Position numbers and translations under genes: made by a program. A stretch of 32,000 nt of DNA from Promethearchaeota archaeon (GTDB taxonomy: Archaea; Asgardarchaeota; Lokiarchaeia; Sigyniarchaeales; SOKP01): positions 120,001 through 152,000 of the forward strand of contig JAUWGH010000005.1 in assembly GCA_030606485.1 (NCBI GenBank). The letters run 5' to 3'. Positions 25,813 to 32,000 of the stretch are shown here, in pieces; position 1 is the first letter of the stretch; the number at the start of each line of letters is the position of its first letter. The notes beneath the pieces are model-generated. The model had not been told where the DNA came from, made no database searches, and worked only from the letters and a program-made list of their open reading frames with translations.

Positions 25813-27825
25813 GTGATAAAAATTTTATATCATTTAAAAAAAAACAGAAAAAAAATCTATTTTCTAATATCCCTTTTTATCTTAATATTTACTTCTTCTT
25901 ACTTTACCAATATTTTAATCGAAAAACCTAATAATTCTCTTTCTAATGAATACCTCCAAAATAATATTAAATCAAGAATTGCTTCTGATGATCTCATACC
26001 TTCAGGAGAAAGAGTAACTGTTATGAATGACCCAAGAACTACGACAGTAATAAGTTGGAACACAAAGGAATACCCCTCAGAGCCAATAATATCTTATGGA
26101 GAAACAGAAAGTTTAGGTATTTTTAAAGAAGCATCCATTTACACAATACAAACAGGATATTTATGTTCTGCAGAACTCACTGATTTAAAGCCAAATACCT
26201 CATACTACTATCAAGTTGAATCTAATTCTTCCTATAAAGGTGAGATTATGAATTTTAAAACAGCTCCGGAGAGAAATGATCCGACTGTTAGATTTTTAGT
26301 ATGGGGTGATAGTCGAACAGACAGAAATACTAGAACTATACTTGCACAAAAAGCTTCCCAATTAAAAAATTTTTCATTCACCATTCATACAGGCGATATC
26401 GTAGAAGATGGAACAATACAGGAGCAATGGGATAATTATTTTAATGATACAAAAAAAATGAATGCATTCCATCAAAGCTATTTTATTGCCGGTAATCATG
26501 AATGGTTTGATCCTACAAGTCAAACGCTTATGTATGATAATATTCCTATGCCTTCAAATATGAGGGATTCTACATATTATTCATTTAACTATGGACCTAT
26601 TTCTTTTGTTGGATTAGACACTAACAAGCAGCTACCCATTCCATATATAAAGATGAATTTACAATGGCTTGAAACCGAATTAAAGAAAATGGAAGCTGAT
26701 AATTATTCCCTATGGAAAATTGCCTATTTTCATGAACCAATTTTTAATTCAATGCCAGGGCTAGATCGGCTTGACCGAGAGGATTTAAAAACAACTTGGT
26801 ATCCTCTATTTGAGCAATATCACCTTGATATAATGTTCGTGGGGCATAATCATTATTACGAAAGGACCTATCCAATTAATCATACTGGTGAATTTAATAA
26901 CTCCCAAGACCCAAATTATATTAATCCACAATATCCAATCCAAATTATTTCAGCTGGAGCTGGAGCACCTCTATATGATACAGCTGGGTGTAATGCATCA
27001 TATTCTGCCTATTTTAATAGTACTTATCATTTCAGTATCGTCGATATTGGTGTTAATTTAGGAGATAATACTACGAAATTAACATTAGAAACTTGGGCAA
27101 TGAAAAATTTTACATCTGTAAATTATAGTGATTTATTTTTAATTGATAAAATTACAATCACTAAAGATTTACCAGAAAAATATCTAAATATAACATATAC
27201 ACCATCAAAAATAGATGAATTTGTTCTAAAACCCGATTGGATTTATTATTTGGCTTATATTGGAGTTATTGCTGCGGTAATAATTTTTGCTGATTTGCCT
27301 ATTTTCTATAGATATGGTAAAAAGTGGAAAAAGCGAATTACTGAAAAAATTATCAACATTAAGGATGAAAAATTCAAACTATTCATTTCACTCACTCTTT
27401 ACATTTTATTTTCCATAGGCATATATTATATTCTTGTCGGAATTAATTTAACAAATCAAGTTTTTATTAATCTAATTTTAAGTTTTTCCGCAAGTTTTTT
27501 GCTCTTATCAATTGTTAATGGAATATTGTGGCAAAAAAACGGGTTCATTTTAACCTTTGGATTATTCATTAATTCTCTTGTGTTTATTGCAATTCTCTAC
27601 TTATTTCTTTTTGAACCTATACTATTTGATTACAACCCATTATTTATTCTTCTCTTCTGTATTATTGGTGTTGGGATTTTAATTGGATCAGCATATTTAT
27701 CTAGAAGTACTAAAGTATCAAAAGTATCTCATAGAGATTTCTTCCTACTTAGTGGAAATCTCTTATTATTGGGAAATCTAATTACAATACTTTCCTTTAT
27801 TAAAATAGTCACCTTAATTATTTAG
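25813..27825 (+). CDS. Purple-acid-phosphatase-like metallophosphoesterase with FN3 domain, N-terminal anchor and about six C-terminal TM helices
   Basis: FN3-like 'TTVISWNT...LTDLKPNTSYYYQV...F.TAP'; metal motifs 'WGDSR', 'HTGDIV', 'AGNHE', 'YFHEP', 'VGHNHYYER'; hydrophobic C-terminal third. GTG start. Confidence 0.88.
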   Translation: MIKILYHLKKNRKKIYFLISLFILIFTSSYFTNILIEKPNNSLSNEYLQNNIKSRIASDDLIPSGERVTVMNDPRTTTVISWNTKEYPSEPIISYGETESLGIFKEASIYTIQTGYLCSAELTDLKPNTSYYYQVESNSSYKGEIMNFKTAPERNDPTVRFLVWGDSRTDRNTRTILAQKASQLKNFSFTIHTGDIVEDGTIQEQWDNYFNDTKKMNAFHQSYFIAGNHEWFDPTSQTLMYDNIPMPSNMRDSTYYSFNYGPISFVGLDTNKQLPIPYIKMNLQWLETELKKMEADNYSLWKIAYFHEPIFNSMPGLDRLDREDLKTTWYPLFEQYHLDIMFVGHNHYYERTYPINHTGEFNNSQDPNYINPQYPIQIISAGAGAPLYDTAGCNASYSAYFNSTYHFSIVDIGVNLGDNTTKLTLETWAMKNFTSVNYSDLFLIDKITITKDLPEKYLNITYTPSKIDEFVLKPDWIYYLAYIGVIAAVIIFADLPIFYRYGKKWKKRITEKIINIKDEKFKLFISLTLYILFSIGIYYILVGINLTNQVFINLILSFSASFLLLSIVNGILWQKNGFILTFGLFINSLVFIAILYLFLFEPILFDYNPLFILLFCIIGVGILIGSAYLSRSTKVSKVSHRDFFLLSGNLLLLGNLITILSFIKIVTLII

Positions 27826-27919
27826 AAATTTTTAAAAAATTAAGCACTTTATTTTCTTTAATTAATAAAAAATCTTTAAAAAACTTTATATATTCCATTC
27901 TACCTCCCATCCCTTCTTT

Positions 27920-28249
27920 CTAAGGCCATTCAAGGTGCACTATAAATCGTTTAGCTGTTGTATGATAATATTTTTCTTTGATTCCATATTTATTAATGAC
28001 AATACGAGGCTCAGCGACTAATTTTTTACCCCGTAGATCATCCAAATGTCGTTTTATAGTTCCTGGGTTCATTTTTAATTCTTTTTTCAAATCCATAATA
28101 TTTTTTTCCTCATGTATTAAAATCCGCAAGATCATTTGCTTTTTCTCATGAAATAACACAGAAACCACATCAGGATCTGAAATTTTTTTTTCAAGGGGTA
28201 TGTTTTTATCAAAATCTATCTGTGAGGACAATTTATTTTTATTCTTCAA
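27920..28249 (-). CDS. ArsR-like winged-helix transcription regulator
   Basis: 'KKQMILRIL...NIMDLKKELKMNPGTIKRHLDDLRGKKLV' HTH and wing 'KYGIKEKYYHTTAK'. Its TTG start overlaps the 3' end of the upstream membrane gene by 11 nt. Confidence 0.85.
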   Translation of the reverse strand: MKNKNKLSSQIDFDKNIPLEKKISDPDVVSVLFHEKKQMILRILIHEEKNIMDLKKELKMNPGTIKRHLDDLRGKKLVAEPRIVINKYGIKEKYYHTTAKRFIVHLEWP

Positions 28250-29135
28250 CCTTATTATCCCCCATCTTCAACGAGTTGTAAATACGGGTACTAACCAATG
28301 CTAACATAGGAATTGCTAACAAAAAGATAAATATCGTCTGTGCTAAAAATTGGATTAAAGGAAATATTATTGAATAACTTTGAATAAAGTTTTGATACCA
28401 CACCCATCTCATTTCAACAGCTAGGATTCTCATCGATAAATCCAGGATCTGTAAAAGTGTCCATGAAAAATTGAAAATCAAGAAAAATAATAAAAGAGAA
28501 CTTAAAATTCGTTTTGAATTAACACGTAATAATTTAAAATTCTCATGAAGTGCATTTTTGATACTTCCTTGTGAAGTTAAACTTGGAAATGTTTGTAGAA
28601 TAATTGTTATCCAAAAATACATCAAAACTTTATAAATAATTATAATTGTAATATTAAGAAATAGAACATAAAGTGCGTCTTCTATTGGTCCAGAGAAAAA
28701 TAAACCGTAAATAAATGAACTAAGAAAGGTTCCAGATACGAGCAGTAATGATAATAAAATATATTGCCACCAATATTGCTTAAAATAGTGGAAAAAACCT
28801 CGGAGTTCGGTGAATTGATCTCCACCCGACATGATATCGTAAGAAAGACCAAATGAACTCCCAAAAAATATTGATATTAAAAAGCCTCCAATTAAACTTC
28901 GAATATTAAGGAGAAGTGTGATATTATAATTAAAATCGATACCAAAAAAAAACATAAGTATCAATTCCCATGGAAATAACAAAAATGTATAGACTAAAAT
29001 ACTAATTATTTGAGCTCCTAAAAATACCTTAAAGTTGGACTTATACAATCTCCAACTTAATCTGATATCAACCAACGCCTCGTGTATGTAACTGTGTTTT
29101 TTCGAACCTTTTTTATTCATTAGATTAAAAATCAC
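28239..29135 (-). CDS. Hypothetical multi-pass membrane protein
   Basis: Six to seven hydrophobic segments; probably co-transcribed with the wHTH gene. The start is GTG at 29135 or ATG at 29120. Confidence 0.75.
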   Translation of the reverse strand: MIFNLMNKKGSKKHSYIHEALVDIRLSWRLYKSNFKVFLGAQIISILVYTFLLFPWELILMFFFGIDFNYNITLLLNIRSLIGGFLISIFFGSSFGLSYDIMSGGDQFTELRGFFHYFKQYWWQYILLSLLLVSGTFLSSFIYGLFFSGPIEDALYVLFLNITIIIIYKVLMYFWITIILQTFPSLTSQGSIKNALHENFKLLRVNSKRILSSLLLFFLIFNFSWTLLQILDLSMRILAVEMRWVWYQNFIQSYSIIFPLIQFLAQTIFIFLLAIPMLALVSTRIYNSLKMGDNKVEE

Positions 29136-29195
29136 TTTTTTTATTAATTTATAAGTTTAATATTTTTACAAAATTATAATTGATGCAGATCTTTT

Positions 29196-29272
29196 ATTTT
29201 GCAGTTTCTGCAAAATGAAAATAGTATCAAAAATATTTAAAGATTTGCATTTGCAAAAAAAGCAAAATGAGA
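29196..29272. promoter_or_regulatory. Cluster of TGCAAA-based inverted repeats, candidate operators
   Basis: ATTTTGCAG-TTT-CTGCAAAAT at 29196-29216, TTTGCA-TT-TGCAAA at 29244-29257, and GCAAAATGA at both 29210 and 29262. All lie 60-135 nt upstream of the membrane protein/wHTH operon. Confidence 0.45.
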
Positions 29273-29468
29273 ATTTTTCATCTATTTTTAACTTTAAAAG
29301 ATATTAAAAAATGAAGATTTCTCCCTTTCCGAAAACACTCAAAAACTATATGATTTACTACAAAGAAAAGGATACGATATAACTCCTCATAAACTTACTA
29401 ACCTCTATCCTTCCGGATATCAGCCTTCTAATGATTAAAATAAAAATAAAATAAAAAATTTTTAAAAA

Positions 29469-30857
29469 TTATTTCTTTTTCTTCTTGCCTCGTTCAAGCT
29501 TCTGAATTATTACCTTCTCTGCATGTATCTTGCAATTTATAAGAGTTACTTTGAAACCACCAATTCCACCAGCTCCAGGAATCATCATCGTCTGCGTCCC
29601 CGCCGGAATCATTGCTCCTTCCTCTTCCCACTCTTCCTCTTCTTCCCAACGTTCGACAATCGGGTGGTTTTTCTCTCTGAGCCAGTCCCTTAATTTACTT
29701 AATTCATCAACTTCTTTCTCCGTTGCAATTAAATCACGCCACTCCTCAGGTAACAGGTCGTACATACGATCTTTTATGTTGGTTACCATCCAAACACATC
29801 TTGAGAACCCCCCGTCGACCTGTTGAAATTTAGGTGAGGCAAGATATTGCACTGAAATTCCGTTAAAACCGGGCAATTGTTTTCCCCCACCAGTTTGGTT
29901 TGCCATCGCGCTGAAGGGAAGTCCATTAATTGCAGGACCATCAAACCCTCGATCAACAATTCCAAATCCATCTACTTCGGGAATGTAGAAATATACCGCC
30001 TCAAAGCAACCGCAACTTGTATGCGGATTAGTCATCGAAGAATAGATCCAAATCTTATCGACTTCACCCAAAGACCTTTTTTTTAATGTTTCATTTACTC
30101 CCGTATATTCTCCGGCAAAATCATCTAAACATTCGCCGGGTGGAATTTCAAAAATAGGTCCCTTTGGATCCACTTTCGCCGCAGCTCTTGCATCAAACCA
30201 ACTGATTGAACCACACGAACTGGTTCTATCTGGCGTTATGCAACAACAATGGCTCGGGGCAAAACTCTGGCAGAGCACACAGCCGTAAAACATATCAACA
30301 TCCTCATCGTGTAAGCCACGTGCTCGCTCGTCCCTTTGATCATAAATTATCATTGCTTCTTCATATGGTTTAGCTATTGCATCCATCGTTGTGTAAAATG
30401 TCACTTGTGCTTGTTTTACAATTGGAAGTTCCGCTTTATATAAACGAATGATGATGGTCCCTAAAAACTTCAAGGAATTGAATCCATCCTGGTAAGCTTT
30501 TTTAGATAATCGCAACCAGTTTGTATATCTTTGATTGAGATGCATAATCCCATTAACGAAATTACAGAATTCATGTATTCTTCTTTCGAGAACGGCTTCA
30601 ATATCGACCTCTAATTCTGGACCGGCGGTTTCAACAAGAATTCCAATAGGATATGCTTTTCCTTCTTCCATATCTGAAAGGTCGGGTCCAACTATTTTTA
30701 CATCTCCATCTTTTATCTCTTTTGGCTCTTTAACTCTAACGAGTTCAAATTTCTTTTCAATTTTTGGACCGCCCAGTTCAACATACATTTGCTTAGCTCT
30801 AATTCTTTCTCCTTCATATACGGGTCCAACATCAACGGGTAAATCACTAAAACTCAT
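29469..30857 (-). CDS. cdhC: CO dehydrogenase/acetyl-CoA synthase complex, beta subunit (acetyl-CoA synthase)
   Basis: 'YEGERIR', 'LERRIH.F.N..NG.MHLNQR', A-cluster motifs 'FYGCVLCQSFAPSH..CITPDR...CG.ISW' and 'HTSCGCFEA', 'GLPFSAMANQTGGG', and the acidic linker plus 'IHAEKVII' tail of archaeal CdhC. Confidence 0.97.
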   Translation of the reverse strand: MSFSDLPVDVGPVYEGERIRAKQMYVELGGPKIEKKFELVRVKEPKEIKDGDVKIVGPDLSDMEEGKAYPIGILVETAGPELEVDIEAVLERRIHEFCNFVNGIMHLNQRYTNWLRLSKKAYQDGFNSLKFLGTIIIRLYKAELPIVKQAQVTFYTTMDAIAKPYEEAMIIYDQRDERARGLHDEDVDMFYGCVLCQSFAPSHCCCITPDRTSSCGSISWFDARAAAKVDPKGPIFEIPPGECLDDFAGEYTGVNETLKKRSLGEVDKIWIYSSMTNPHTSCGCFEAVYFYIPEVDGFGIVDRGFDGPAINGLPFSAMANQTGGGKQLPGFNGISVQYLASPKFQQVDGGFSRCVWMVTNIKDRMYDLLPEEWRDLIATEKEVDELSKLRDWLREKNHPIVERWEEEEEWEEEGAMIPAGTQTMMIPGAGGIGGFKVTLINCKIHAEKVIIQKLERGKKKKK

Positions 30858-30911
30858 CTTTCTTTACCTTTTTATTATTTTTTTTAATATAATGATTTTT
30901 AATTAATTAAT

Positions 30912-31442
30912 TTACAATTTTACGGTTAATTTTTCTAAAAAATCTTTCCATTCTTCGTCGCTTAAATTAGCTAGGGAAAATCTCGCATTTGGATGGGAAA
31001 ATTTATCTAAGTCAATTGTTCTTAAATAAGTAGTGAAATTTTTCAGATTACTTAAGGTTTGACTCACATAAAAAACGATATGTCCTCCAAAAATAGCCAT
31101 GTCATATTGACCGTTACCATCAATTCCTTTCCAGTTTGGGTCTGAGAGTCTTTGCGTAATATTGATTAGAGACATCATTGTAACTTTGTCTTTCCCGAGT
31201 TTTTCAGATACGTATTTATATGAATGTCCAGTAGCAACGACCGGTACATCTAATTTTTTAACAATTTCGATGAAGTAATCCGCGAGTTTTTTACCATCGA
31301 GTTCCCAAGTTAATGATTCTGCACCAATTACGAAAAGCTTACGTTTTCCTTGAACTTTTAAGATATTTGCCATAGTCTCCGGTTCGAAGACTGTAACCCC
31401 CATATCGGGGTTTATATTTGGTTTTTGGTAGGGTTTAACCAT
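30912..31442 (-). CDS. cdhB: CO dehydrogenase/acetyl-CoA synthase complex, epsilon subunit
   Basis: 'KRKLFVIGA', 'PVVATGH', 'L.DPNWKGIDGNGQYD..IF.G...Y..SQ.LS.LK.F', 'L.TI.LDKF.HPNA..S..NL'; lies directly upstream of cdhC. Confidence 0.92.
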   Translation of the reverse strand: MVKPYQKPNINPDMGVTVFEPETMANILKVQGKRKLFVIGAESLTWELDGKKLADYFIEIVKKLDVPVVATGHSYKYVSEKLGKDKVTMMSLINITQRLSDPNWKGIDGNGQYDMAIFGGHIVFYVSQTLSNLKNFTTYLRTIDLDKFSHPNARFSLANLSDEEWKDFLEKLTVKL

Positions 31443-31703
31443 TTTTATATTATCTCAGTAAATCATTAAAAATATATCAAATCGATTGTTTAAAATCAAT
31501 TGTCAATTATTTAAAAAAATTGTTTTTAATGCACATTATTGATATTGAAATTTTAATTTTCAGAAATAAAATAAATCACATGATTAATTTTTTTTTCTTA
31601 CAATATTGGAATTATTAGATAAAGTTAGTAAATCTAATCTCGATTAGCTTAATTGAATTTAAGTCATCAAATTTAATCAATTGAATTTAATTCAAATTTA
31701 ATT

Positions 31704-32000
31704 TTAAGTTGGTGTAATCCTTAAAACTAATGATTCATTTCTTGAAAAAATTTCAACCTCACACTCTTTCTGAGTTCGTAATAACTCATTGAAATAATTG
31801 CCCCAAAAATCGCTAAATCTTTTTTTATGGAAATCGTGATAAAATGACATTTGATATGTTCCTTTACTCCCAATTTCAATATCAATTTTATAAAAGTAAT
31901 TTGCTACTAACCATATGTTTTTAATTGATAATAAAAGCTCATTGAGAGTTAAATCATCAATGTTTTTCCCTTTATACCATTCTATGAGTTCAATCGCAAT
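31704..32000 (-). CDS. 3' part of a hypothetical protein, truncated by the window edge
   Basis: Not in the ORF track. A 98-codon open frame from 32000 reads IAIELIEWYKGKNIDDLTLNELLLSIKNIWLVANYFYKIDIEIGSKGTYQMSFYHDFHKKRFSDFWGNYFNELLRTQKECEVEIFSRNESLVLRITPT* and has globular-protein-like composition. Confidence 0.75.
   Translation of the reverse strand: MAIELIEWYKGKNIDDLTLNELLLSIKNIWLVANYFYKIDIEIGSKGTYQMSFYHDFHKKRFSDFWGNYFNELLRTQKECEVEIFSRNESLVLRITPT

Noticed and set aside
956-30906. Many short ORF-track entries antisense to or overlapping clear genes (e.g. 956-1156, 2153-2356, 3260-3583, 4433-4633, 4890-5201, 5132-5326, 6284-6529, 8849-9232, 9118-9381, 9535-10032, 11277-11474, 11899-12153, 17010-17369, 17513-17704, 17748-17978, 18634-18882, 18701-19033, 19587-19784, 20783-20974, 25006-25191, 28682-28864, 29530-29826, 29783-29971, 29877-30086, 30535-30906)
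   Set aside because: They are shadow frames of well-supported genes and carry no recognisable motifs.
1-32000. CRISPR array, rRNA, IS element or prophage
   Set aside because: I saw no regularly spaced direct repeats, rRNA-like GC-rich stretch, terminal inverted repeats with a transposase, or viral hallmark genes.

Overview
A strongly AT-rich, gene-dense archaeal chromosomal segment, most likely from an Asgard (Lokiarchaeia-like) genome. This is inferred from a PolB1-type DNA polymerase, archaeal-type CO dehydrogenase/acetyl-CoA synthase epsilon and beta subunits, a CCA-less tRNA-Thr(UGU) with U73, and frequent TTG/GTG starts; no database search was possible. Contents in order: a GH38 glycosidase C-terminus, an NPP-family phosphodiesterase, tRNA-Thr, polB1, an ICMT-family membrane protein, a thiolase, an APC amino-acid permease divergent from a glycyl-radical operon (activase plus a HypD-type trans-4-hydroxy-L-proline dehydratase), uppP, pncB, a CCG-domain Fe-S protein, several membrane-anchored hydrolases and surface proteins, a VIT1 transporter, a DUSP23-like phosphatase, a membrane protein/wHTH pair and cdhB-cdhC. 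I saw no CRISPR array, rRNA, transposase or integrase. Best leads: (1) the permease-activase-hypD locus, followed by a small protein that aligns by eye with an AraC-type double HTH fused to a zinc ribbon; (2) pncB, whose conserved N-terminal motif lies upstream of the first canonical in-frame start, implying ATT initiation, a +1 frameshift at CCC-TAA, or an assembly indel; (3) a 149-aa orphan whose acidic tail ends in TGYYI, a candidate proteasome-docking HbYX motif; (4) a HeH-SWIM-OB nucleic-acid-binding protein; (5) an unannotated U32-family gene remnant. Family assignments rest on motifs and on reference sequences recalled from memory.
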